Source of the DNA: Synechococcus elongatus PCC 6301
GTDB lineage: Bacteria > Cyanobacteriota > Cyanobacteriia > Synechococcales > Synechococcaceae
Reading direction: 5' to 3'
Assembly (NCBI RefSeq): GCF_000010065.1
Contig: NC_006576.1
Location: 1,110,001 to 1,142,000, forward strand
Length of the DNA stretch: 32,000 nucleotides
Of the stretch, positions 20,807 to 28,428 are shown one piece after another (positions within the stretch are counted from its first letter, which is position 1; each line of letters begins with the position of its first letter). Position numbers and translations under genes: made by a program. The notes under the pieces were generated by a model. It did not search any database. It saw nothing but the letters and a program-made list of their open reading frames with translations, and had not been told where the DNA came from.

Positions 20807-21372
20807 TGCAATCTGCGATCGCTGAACTCAACACCGATCGCCTCCGCCTGCGAGCTTGGCAAGAAAGCGATCGCGAACCCTTTGCGGTGCTCAATGCCGA
20901 TCCAGGGGTGATGGAGCATTTCCCTGCCTGTCTGAGTCGGGCTGAAAGTGATGACCTCGTCGATCGCATCGAAGCGCATTGGCAGCAGTGGGGGTTTGGC
21001 CTCTGGGCAGTTGAACAAAAGAGCGATCGCGCCTTCATTGGGTTTATTGGCCTCAAGACTGTGCCCTTTGAAGCAGACTTCACACCAGCGGTGGAGATTG
21101 CTTGGCGGTTGGCGCAACCCTACTGGGGGCAAGGATTCGCTTCCGAAGGAGCGAAGGCTACTTTGCAATTTGGCTTTGAGCAGCTTCAGCTCGACACGAT
21201 TGTTAGCTTCACCGCCGTCTGTAACCAGCGATCGCAACGGCTGATGCAACGGTTAGGGCTGCAGCAGGTGGGGACGTTCGAACATCCCGCCTTACCCGAG
21301 GGCGATCGCCTGCGGACACATGTCTTGTATCGGGGCGATCGCCAGCAATGGCAGGCTGGCCTTCTAGGCTAG
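20806..21372 (+). CDS. GNAT family N-acetyltransferase (RimJ/RimL-like)
   Basis: TDRLRLRAWQESDREPFAVLNADPGVMEHFP...GFIGLKT...VEIAWRLAQPYWGQGFASEGAKATLQFGFE...NQRSQRLMQRLGLQQ. Start overlaps previous stop (TGATG). Confidence 0.9.
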   Translation: MQSAIAELNTDRLRLRAWQESDREPFAVLNADPGVMEHFPACLSRAESDDLVDRIEAHWQQWGFGLWAVEQKSDRAFIGFIGLKTVPFEADFTPAVEIAWRLAQPYWGQGFASEGAKATLQFGFEQLQLDTIVSFTAVCNQRSQRLMQRLGLQQVGTFEHPALPEGDRLRTHVLYRGDRQQWQAGLLG

Positions 21373-21396
21373 AGAGAGACGATCAGCCAGAAACCA

Positions 21397-22047
21397 ATGC
21401 GCGTTTTAGTTGTGGGTGCTACCGGCCGGACGGGGCGATGTGTTGTCGAAACGGCGATCGCAGCCGGACATTCAGTACGAGCGCTGGTGCGCAGTGCGAA
21501 TCCCCAACCACCTTTGCCTGAGGGTGTGGAACTGGTAGTGGGTGATCTCAGCGATCGCGCCAGTTTGGAAGCAGCGTTAGCCGGTATGGACGCCGTGATC
21601 TCGGCCGCTGGGGCTACGCCTAACCTCGATCCCCTCGGCCCCTTCAAGGTTGACTATCTGGGAACAACTCAGCTGATTGATCTGGCCGGTGCTGCCGGTA
21701 TTCAGCGTTTTGTCTTGGTCAGCTCGCTCTGTGTGTCGCGGCTGCTGCACCCGCTCAACCTGTTTTGGTTAGTGCTGTTCTGGAAGCGTCGTGCTGAGCG
21801 CTATCTCCAATCCAGCGGTCTGTCTTACACAATCGTGCGACCAGGTGGTCTGCGCAGCGATCGCACAAGGGTGCCGCTCAAACTAACCGGCCCCGATGAG
21901 TTGTTTGATGGCAGCCTCCCACGGTTGCAGGTTGCAGAAGTGGCGGTCGAAGCTTTGATCAACCCCGCTGCCGCCAACCGGATCGTCGAAATTGTGGGGG
22001 ATTCCAGCCTGCCGGAGCGATCGCCCGCTGAACTCCTTAGCGCCTGA
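21397..22047 (+). CDS. NAD(P)-binding atypical short-chain dehydrogenase / NAD-dependent epimerase-like protein
   Basis: MRVLVVGATGRTGRCVVETAIAAGHSVRALVRS...VVGDLSD...AVISAAGA...YSGLSYTIVRPGGL-like (SSGLSYTIVRPGGLRSDRT). Confidence 0.88.
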   Translation: MRVLVVGATGRTGRCVVETAIAAGHSVRALVRSANPQPPLPEGVELVVGDLSDRASLEAALAGMDAVISAAGATPNLDPLGPFKVDYLGTTQLIDLAGAAGIQRFVLVSSLCVSRLLHPLNLFWLVLFWKRRAERYLQSSGLSYTIVRPGGLRSDRTRVPLKLTGPDELFDGSLPRLQVAEVAVEALINPAAANRIVEIVGDSSLPERSPAELLSA

Positions 22048-22056
22048 TCCACCACG

Positions 22057-22410
22057 ATGGACAAACGTCACCTTTTGGGGCTGGCAATCGGCGGTATCGC
22101 GATCGCAGGTCTGGCCTACTGGCTGGGCTCTGAACTCCTGCGCGAACTCACTCAGGCGGAAGTCTATCCAGGGCCTTGGCAAACCCAACCGCTGGCAGAG
22201 TTGGACAGCAGCTTGAGCAGCCACAACGTTCCCAACTGCCAACCCTATCGGTATCGCACCAACCAACTCGACCCCGAAATTGGGGAATATCTTGTCGCTT
22301 GCCCCACCCTAGCAGGACAACAACCGCAGGCTTATTTAGTGCTGCTGCCGCTGCAAAAAGTCGTCAGCGGTCCCTTTCCGCTTGATCCATCTCTCGCCAA
22401 TGCACCTTAG
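22057..22410 (+). CDS. Hypothetical protein with single N-terminal TM segment
   Basis: 117 aa, MDKRHLLGLAIGGIAIAGLAYWLGSELLRELTQ followed by a soluble domain. Co-directional and 9 nt after the previous gene. Confidence 0.55.
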   Translation: MDKRHLLGLAIGGIAIAGLAYWLGSELLRELTQAEVYPGPWQTQPLAELDSSLSSHNVPNCQPYRYRTNQLDPEIGEYLVACPTLAGQQPQAYLVLLPLQKVVSGPFPLDPSLANAP

Positions 22411-22509
22411 CCACGCAGCCTTGGCCACCAGACTGGCGATTTCCCACCAGGAATGACGGATCAGCCTTGTCCTCGGGGTATTCCAAGAAAGTTCGCTGAG
22501 GATGAAAGC

Positions 22510-23505
22510 ATGGATGCGAGTTTGCTGCTGCGTCAGATCACCACAGGCTATTGGGGATCGCAGGCACTGTACGTTGCAGCGAAGCTGGGCATTGCAGATC
22601 AACTGGTGAACGGGCCGCGCTCTTGTGAAGATCTGGCGATCGTCGTGGGAGCCAAGCCCGAGGTCTTGTATCGATTACTGCGAGCTCTAGCCAGTCTAGG
22701 CATTTTCACTGAGGTCAGCGATCGCCAGTTTGCGTTGACGCCTGCGGCAGAACTGCTGCGATCGGGCACGGCTGGATCCCTGCGGAATCTGGTGATGATG
22801 TTCGGCGAAGAGCACTACGTGGCTTGGGGCGAGCTGCTCCACAGCATCCAAACCGGTGAGAATGCCTTCGAGCATCACTATGGTGCGCCGGTGTTTGCCT
22901 ACTATGCTCAGCACCCAGCTTCCGCCGACATTTTCAACGGGGCGATGTCGGATATGTCTCGCCCAGATACAGCCGCCGTACTATCCAGCTATGACTTTCA
23001 GGGCATCCGCTGCCTGGTCGATGTGGGCGGCGGCCATGGTCAACTGCTCTCACAGATTTTGGCGGCTTATCCCGACCTCACGGGGATTCTCTACGATCAA
23101 CCCGCCGTGGTTGCGGGTGCCGACAGTGTTTTGGCAGATGTGAGCGATCGCTGCGAAGTGGTCGGCGGTGATTTCTTTGCATCTGTGCCGGCTGGTGGTG
23201 ACGCCTACCTGCTCAAGCACATCATTCACGACTGGGATGATGCTGACTCCCTCAAGATTTTGGCGAATTGTCGTCAGGTGATGCAGCCCGGCGATCGCTT
23301 GTTACTGCTCGAACAGGTGGTGCGGGCTGGCAATGAGCCCAACCTGGCCAAATGGCTGGACTTGAACATGTTGGTGATGACTCAAGGCGGCCGCGAACGC
23401 ACCCAAGCAGAATTTGCAACACTCTTAGCCGATGCCGGTTTCCAGCTCAGTCAGATTCACGGCACCGCGAGCGAAGTCTGCATCATCGAAGGCCGAGCGA
23501 TTTAA
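22510..23505 (+). CDS. SAM-dependent O-methyltransferase (Methyltransf_2 / acetylserotonin-O-methyltransferase-like)
   Basis: LVDVGGGHGQLLSQILAAYPDLTGILYDQPAVV, KHIIHDWDDADSLKILANCRQVMQPG, WLDLNMLVMTQGGRERTQAEF. The track ORF starts at 22453; M at 22510 is my preferred start. Confidence 0.88.
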   Translation: MDASLLLRQITTGYWGSQALYVAAKLGIADQLVNGPRSCEDLAIVVGAKPEVLYRLLRALASLGIFTEVSDRQFALTPAAELLRSGTAGSLRNLVMMFGEEHYVAWGELLHSIQTGENAFEHHYGAPVFAYYAQHPASADIFNGAMSDMSRPDTAAVLSSYDFQGIRCLVDVGGGHGQLLSQILAAYPDLTGILYDQPAVVAGADSVLADVSDRCEVVGGDFFASVPAGGDAYLLKHIIHDWDDADSLKILANCRQVMQPGDRLLLLEQVVRAGNEPNLAKWLDLNMLVMTQGGRERTQAEFATLLADAGFQLSQIHGTASEVCIIEGRAI

Positions 23506-23648
23506 GATCTTGCCGATATTGAATCGATCAACAAGGTTAGGGTGTTTTTTCCTGATCCGTTTAGCCTTAACCCCGCAGCCAACACCGGACAGTTTTACCC
23601 GTGCGATCGCAATTCAGCCGATCGAGTCTCACCCGAAATCTTGTTGCG

Positions 23649-23675
23649 GGGGGAACTGGAGGAGTCGAGTCCCCC
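23649..23675. terminator. Hairpin in the convergent intergenic region between the O-methyltransferase and the nucleotidyltransferase fusion
   Basis: GGGGGA ... TCCCCC inverted repeat (23649-23654 / 23670-23675), located between two converging genes. No strong T-tract. Confidence 0.25.
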
Positions 23676-23781
23676 ATCGTGCGTGCGGTGGGAGTACGCA
23701 GTCACCCCTACGGATAGAGGCTGTTAAAACCACACCAAGCAACCCCAAAGTTGTCCTAATTTAATTGCGGACTGCCGCGGC

Positions 23782-26295
23782 TCAAGGACTTTGGAGCGTG
23801 GCTACGAACTGCTCGATCTGCTGTTGATAACTGCCCAAGGTTTGCTCCACCCACTGGTGATCTTGGGCGTTGGCATAGAGATGGATCAGCGGATAGCTGG
23901 CGTCTGGTAAGACCAGCAGCCATTGATCGCCGCGATCGCCCTGAATCCGCAAGCCCTCCTGAAAGTTGAGGCGATCGGGCTCATGGCTTTCGAGGAGTTG
24001 CCGCATCAGGGTCCCTAGTAAATTGCGCGGGCAGCTCAGGGTTAGGTGGCGATGGGCAATACTCGGCAGTGACTCCACCCACTGGGACAGCGATCGCGAT
24101 TGGCGATCGAGTCCTTCAATCAGCCGAGCAATGCCAAATATGGCATCAAAGCCAGCGTGCATCTCTGGAAAAATGAAGCCCAACTCGCCACTACCACCGA
24201 GGATGACATCCGGTAGATTGCGGCAAGCAGCCATCAATGCCGTCGGAGTCGGTCGACAACGATGCACGCGCCCGTGATAGCGCCAAGCAGTCTGATCTAC
24301 AGCGCTGGAACTGGTCATCGGCACCACCACTGTGCCTCCCGGTCGCCGCAACCAACAGATTTCTGCCATCAAAACGGTCAGCTGTTCATGGTCCAGCGCC
24401 ATTCCCTGCTCATCGACCAAGGTAAAACGCTCACCATTGGCCGCCACTTGCACGCCACAGTTAGCCTTAATCGCACTGACAACTTGGCCCATCTGCTCCA
24501 ATAGAGACTGGCGTTCGTTTTCTGTGGGCGGTTGCTGGCGCAGGCTGGCATTGAGAATGACGGCATCGCAGCCAAACTCACTCAGCAGGAGCGGCAAAAC
24601 CGCCCCCGAGACGGAGTAGGCGTAGTCGATCACAATTCGGTTGGGCGATCGCAGCAGCAAGTCGCGATCGAGGCGATCGCAAAACAACTGGCGGTAGAGC
24701 GGCAGGGTTTCGCTGACGGTGATCATCGTGCCGAGATCCTGCATGGGGACACGGCGCAAATCCTCCTGAAAGAACGCCGCTTCAATCCGCCGTTCTAAGG
24801 CGCGATCGACGGTCAAACCCTCGCGATCCAAAAACTCGATTAGGACATGGGTGGGCCAGAGTGGATCGAGACGGACATGGATACCGCCCACCACCGGCAA
24901 CCGCGCCAGCATCGAGCGAGCGATCGGCACTGCTGCCGCTTCGAGGTTGCGAATCGTAATGCCCGTGGACATCAAGCCTGCAATCAGAGATCGCGTCACC
25001 ATTTGCGAAATACTGCGCTGGTCGCGCGAGACCGTGACACTGCTACCGGGCGGTATGGTTGAGCCGTAGGCGACGCCCAACTTGACGGCAAACTCCGGCG
25101 TGATATCGACGTTGGCGATACCGCGCACACCGCCATCACTAAATAGGCGACGGCGGGCACTAGTTGCCCAAATCAAATTGAGGTTGACGATCGCGCCTGC
25201 TTCAATTTGCTTGCGGGGCCAAATCCGCACTTCGGCCTGAACCTGTGCTTCTTCTTGGAGACGACAGCCGCTGCCGATGACTGCACCCTCATGAATTTGC
25301 ACATGGCGCTCCAGACGCACCCCATCCGCCAGCACACAGCCCTCGAGGTGCGATCGCTGCCCAATTTGCACCCGATTCCAAACCACTGCACGATCGAGGC
25401 AAGCGCCAGCCTCAATCCGGCTTTCATCCCCGATTACCGTGCCAGCTTTGAGCTGCACCTCCTCGCCGATGTAACAGTGCTGACCAATCCAAAGGGGGGG
25501 TTCTAGCTGCGCACTACTGGCGATCGTGGTGCCCTCACCAACATAGATACCGGGCCGCCACTCCATTTGATTGGCTTGCAGTCGCACCCGCCCCAGCAAA
25601 GCATCGAGCTGCGCCCGTTGATAGGCCTGACGGTTACCGATATCACACCAGTAGCCCTGATCGACGTAGCCCGTTACTACTTCTCCGGCAGCCAAAAGAC
25701 GCGGTAGAAGATGGGTAGCAAAGTCTGAGGGCTCATCCAGGGGCAGATAGTCCAGGGCTTCGGGTTCAAGAATGTAAAAGCCGCTGTTGACGGTGTCAGA
25801 AATTAGTTCACTGGCATCTGGTTTTTCAATCAGACGGATAATTCGTTGCTGGCGATCGCAGACAACGCAACCAAATTCAAGAGGCTGATCCACCCGAGCC
25901 AAAATCACCGTCGCGATCGCTTGCTGTTGGCGATGCCAAGCCAACGCTGCTGTCAGATCAAAGTCGCTCAGGCAGTCGCCACTGGCAACAAGAAAGGTCT
26001 CCTGCAGTTGACTAGTCAGGTTTTTGACGCTGCCCGCCGTCCCCAAGGGGCGATCGGCTTCGAGGATGTAGCGCAGGTCAACCCCCCAGTCCTGTCCCTC
26101 TTGGAAGTACTGCTGGATCGTCTCGGGGCGATAGTAGAGCGTTGCCAGAATTTCTTGATAACCATGGCGGTGCAGCAGTTGCAGAATATGGGCCGCGATC
26201 GGGCGATTGAGGATCGGCACCATCGGTTTGGGGCGATCGCAGGTCAAGGGTCGTAACCGCGTTCCCAGTCCACCCGCGAGTAAAACAGCGCGCAT
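23782..26295 (-). CDS. Mannose-1-phosphate guanylyltransferase / phosphomannomutase-like fusion protein
   Basis: Start MRAVLLAGGLGTRLRPLTCDRPKPMVPILNRPIAAHIL (nucleotidyltransferase), central LbH-type repeats (EEVQLKAGTVIGDESRIEAGACLDRAVVWNR...), C-terminal phosphohexomutase-like region. The track ORF extends to 26376. Confidence 0.9.
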   Translation of the reverse strand: MRAVLLAGGLGTRLRPLTCDRPKPMVPILNRPIAAHILQLLHRHGYQEILATLYYRPETIQQYFQEGQDWGVDLRYILEADRPLGTAGSVKNLTSQLQETFLVASGDCLSDFDLTAALAWHRQQQAIATVILARVDQPLEFGCVVCDRQQRIIRLIEKPDASELISDTVNSGFYILEPEALDYLPLDEPSDFATHLLPRLLAAGEVVTGYVDQGYWCDIGNRQAYQRAQLDALLGRVRLQANQMEWRPGIYVGEGTTIASSAQLEPPLWIGQHCYIGEEVQLKAGTVIGDESRIEAGACLDRAVVWNRVQIGQRSHLEGCVLADGVRLERHVQIHEGAVIGSGCRLQEEAQVQAEVRIWPRKQIEAGAIVNLNLIWATSARRRLFSDGGVRGIANVDITPEFAVKLGVAYGSTIPPGSSVTVSRDQRSISQMVTRSLIAGLMSTGITIRNLEAAAVPIARSMLARLPVVGGIHVRLDPLWPTHVLIEFLDREGLTVDRALERRIEAAFFQEDLRRVPMQDLGTMITVSETLPLYRQLFCDRLDRDLLLRSPNRIVIDYAYSVSGAVLPLLLSEFGCDAVILNASLRQQPPTENERQSLLEQMGQVVSAIKANCGVQVAANGERFTLVDEQGMALDHEQLTVLMAEICWLRRPGGTVVVPMTSSSAVDQTAWRYHGRVHRCRPTPTALMAACRNLPDVILGGSGELGFIFPEMHAGFDAIFGIARLIEGLDRQSRSLSQWVESLPSIAHRHLTLSCPRNLLGTLMRQLLESHEPDRLNFQEGLRIQGDRGDQWLLVLPDASYPLIHLYANAQDHQWVEQTLGSYQQQIEQFVATLQSP

Positions 26296-26375
26296 AATCT
26301 CTGCAGTCTTTTTGGCAAAGTGCCCGCCCTCAGCCAAAAATCCTATGATCGGGGCAAGACCAGAGAGAAATTGCA

Positions 26376-26552
26376 ATGACCGGCTTGCTCTACCTCGGAT
26401 TAATCCTGTATCTCATTGGTGCTTGGCGGTTCTGGGTTGGCTTTGGGAAAACCCACTTCAGCAGCAACCGAGCGATTTTGACTCTGCTCTGGCCACTGTT
26501 GCTGGTCAGTCAGTCCTTCCGCCAGAACTTCCGTCGCGCTCTCAAGGGTTAG
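26376..26552 (+). CDS. Small membrane protein, 58 aa (not in ORF track)
   Basis: Manual translation: MTGLLYLGLILYLIGAWRFWVGFGKTHFSSNRAILTLLWPLLLVSQSFRQNFRRALKG*, two hydrophobic segments. Sits 4 nt upstream of the methyltransferase gene. Confidence 0.55.
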   Translation: MTGLLYLGLILYLIGAWRFWVGFGKTHFSSNRAILTLLWPLLLVSQSFRQNFRRALKG

Positions 26553-26556
26553 AGCG

Positions 26557-27246
26557 ATGGCGATCGTAGACCCTTGGCAAGACCGCTGGCAGACTGTTGC
26601 TCGTCGCTACAGCCGCGAGTATCGGCGCGAAGCCCAACCGCTACCAGATGACCTCGAGTCGTTGGCGATCGTCCAAACCTGGCGAGCAGGTCAGCTCCAG
26701 AACCAAATTGGTTCCGCTTTTTGGGAGTTAGCGCAACCCGGTAAAGGACAGGCTTGGCTGGATTTAGGCTGCAGCCTCAGCTTCTTGGTCTACCCTTGGC
26801 GTGATTGGCAGGCTAGCTTTTCAGGACAGGATATTTGTCCCGAAGCTTGTGAAATCCTGCGGCAGCGGGGGCCTCAGCTCAACTCCAAACTGTTCAAGGG
26901 CTGCCGCCTCGCCCCTGCCCACCAACTCGACTACCCTGATCGCAGCTTTGATGGCGCGATCGCGACGGGAGTCAGCGCCTATTATCCGCTCGACTACTGG
27001 GCTGAAGTTCTGACCGCAGTTCAGAAAGTGCTCAAGCCGGGTGGCCAGTTCCTATTTGATGTCATCAATCCTGAAGCCGCGATCGCAGAGGATTGGGCCA
27101 TCCTTGAAACCTATCTGGGCGCGCCGGTTGAGCTGGTCGATCTCGATCAGTGGCGACAGCTCTGCCGCGATCGCGGAGCGCGCATCCGTGCCGAATCAGC
27201 CGGGCCACTTTTCCAACTCCTGCGCATTGATTGGCCCAAGGGCTAG
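26557..27246 (+). CDS. Class I SAM-dependent methyltransferase
   Basis: QAWLDLGCSLSFLVYPWRDW, LDYPDRSFDGAIATGVSAYYP, KVLKPGGQFLFDVINP. Confidence 0.8.
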   Translation: MAIVDPWQDRWQTVARRYSREYRREAQPLPDDLESLAIVQTWRAGQLQNQIGSAFWELAQPGKGQAWLDLGCSLSFLVYPWRDWQASFSGQDICPEACEILRQRGPQLNSKLFKGCRLAPAHQLDYPDRSFDGAIATGVSAYYPLDYWAEVLTAVQKVLKPGGQFLFDVINPEAAIAEDWAILETYLGAPVELVDLDQWRQLCRDRGARIRAESAGPLFQLLRIDWPKG

Positions 27247-27353
27247 CGGTTGCCTGCGATAGCGAAAGAAGAGAATCAACAACTAGCAGCTCGCTCTACA
27301 GTTGCTGCAGAGCGATTGCTCAGGTGAGCTAAGCTGGGGGCTCAAATGGATGG

Positions 27354-27899
27354 GTGATTTACATGAAGACGAAACCCACAACACACAGGACAAATAACCA
27401 GACACGATCGCAACAAACTCGCCAGTCAACCGGGCGATCGGGACCATCTGGGCTGGAAGCGATCGCTCCACCTGCTATGGCGACTTATATCTATCGGTTA
27501 CACCCCCGCGATCGCATTAATCTAATTCGACGGGGAGTTCCCGCCACTTTGGTTGTGCAAACGGAGCAACAACTAGGGCTAGCCAGACAAGGCGTTTGCC
27601 AGATGTTGGGGCTATCAGTCTCAACGATCAAGCGGCGTCTGACTCAAAATCAGGCGTTGACTGCGGATGAGACCGAGCGATTGCTAGCGCTGCAGCAGTT
27701 GATTGGTCAGGTCGAGGCGATCATTGCAGAAGCGGGCGAGCCCAGTGGATTTGATGCGGCGCAGTGGGTTGGGGAATGGCTGATGACGCCGAATCCGGCC
27801 CTGGCGGGGCAAAAGCCAGCGGAATACATGGATACGGCTGAGGGACGGCGGCTGGTTTCGCAGGCGATCGCCATGATGCGCAGCGGAGCTTATGCGTGA
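27354..27899 (+). CDS. Xre/MbcA/ParS-type antitoxin (DUF2384-like C-terminus)
   Basis: LARQGVCQMLGLSVSTIKRRLTQNQALTADETERLLALQQLIGQVEAIIAEAGEPSGFDAAQWVGEWLMTPNPALAGQKPAEYMDTAEGRRLVSQAIAMMRSGAYA. Immediately followed by a RES-domain ORF. Start uncertain: ATG 27477 (MATYIYRLHPRD) is also plausible. Confidence 0.88.
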   Translation: MIYMKTKPTTHRTNNQTRSQQTRQSTGRSGPSGLEAIAPPAMATYIYRLHPRDRINLIRRGVPATLVVQTEQQLGLARQGVCQMLGLSVSTIKRRLTQNQALTADETERLLALQQLIGQVEAIIAEAGEPSGFDAAQWVGEWLMTPNPALAGQKPAEYMDTAEGRRLVSQAIAMMRSGAYA

Positions 27900-28249
27900 G
27901 TGCAGCGATCGACACGATCTCCGTTTGGCGCATTGCTGTAGAAGGCCGGGACTATAGCGCTGAGGATCGATCGGGCAAAGGGGCAGCACTGACCGGTGGC
28001 CGCTGGAATCGGGAGGGGCTGCCGGTGCTGTACACGGCGGAGAATATCGCGTTGGCCTGCCTAGAGACTCTGGTGCATTTGGGACCGAGTCTACCTTTGA
28101 ATCGCTACTTGGTGCAGATTGAGCTAGAGGCGCAGGACTGGGAGGCACGAACGGTTTTCGATCCTAAGCAGGGAATTGGCTGGGATGCGGAACCGTATGG
28201 GCAAACATCACTGGATTGGGGCAGTCGCTGGCTCGAAAGCCAAGGGTAG
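27896..28249 (+). CDS. RES-domain toxin, apparently truncated by an in-frame TAG
   Basis: VWRIAVEGRDYSAEDRSGKGAALTGGRWNREGLPVLYTAENIALACLETLVHLGPSLPLNRYLVQIELE. GTG start overlaps antitoxin stop. The same frame continues past the TAG to 28384. Confidence 0.8.
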   Translation: MSAAIDTISVWRIAVEGRDYSAEDRSGKGAALTGGRWNREGLPVLYTAENIALACLETLVHLGPSLPLNRYLVQIELEAQDWEARTVFDPKQGIGWDAEPYGQTSLDWGSRWLESQG

Positions 28250-28428
28250 TTGCTGGCGGTAGTGCCGTCAAGTTTAGTGCCGGAGGAGTCGAATATTTTG
28301 ATCAATCCGCGTCATCCGCGCATGGCAACAGCAAAACTAACGAAGCTGCGCCGCTGGTTGTTTGATCCGCGATTTAGGACTTAGGGAAGCAGCCAGACAC
28401 CGGATTGCTCCAGCCAACGCTTAGAACA

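Noticed and set aside
20737-21249. 170-aa minus-strand ORF opposite the GNAT gene
   Set aside because: Antisense shadow, with no RBS or domain evidence.
21883-22266. 127-aa minus-strand ORF opposite the NAD(P)-binding protein and hypothetical genes
   Set aside because: Antisense and spans two genes on the other strand. No recognisable motif.
23542-23727. 61-aa plus-strand ORF in the convergent intergenic region
   Set aside because: No conserved features and an odd composition. The region is better explained as 3' non-coding DNA with hairpins.
25496-25504. Short G-run in the nucleotidyltransferase fusion as a phase-variable tract
   Set aside because: Too short to argue for phase variation, and the reading frame is intact across it.
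27684-28148. 154-aa minus-strand ORF opposite the toxin-antitoxin junction
   Set aside because: Considered as a possible antisense regulator gene, but the Pro/Ser/Arg-rich composition is typical of an antisense shadow frame and there is no independent support.
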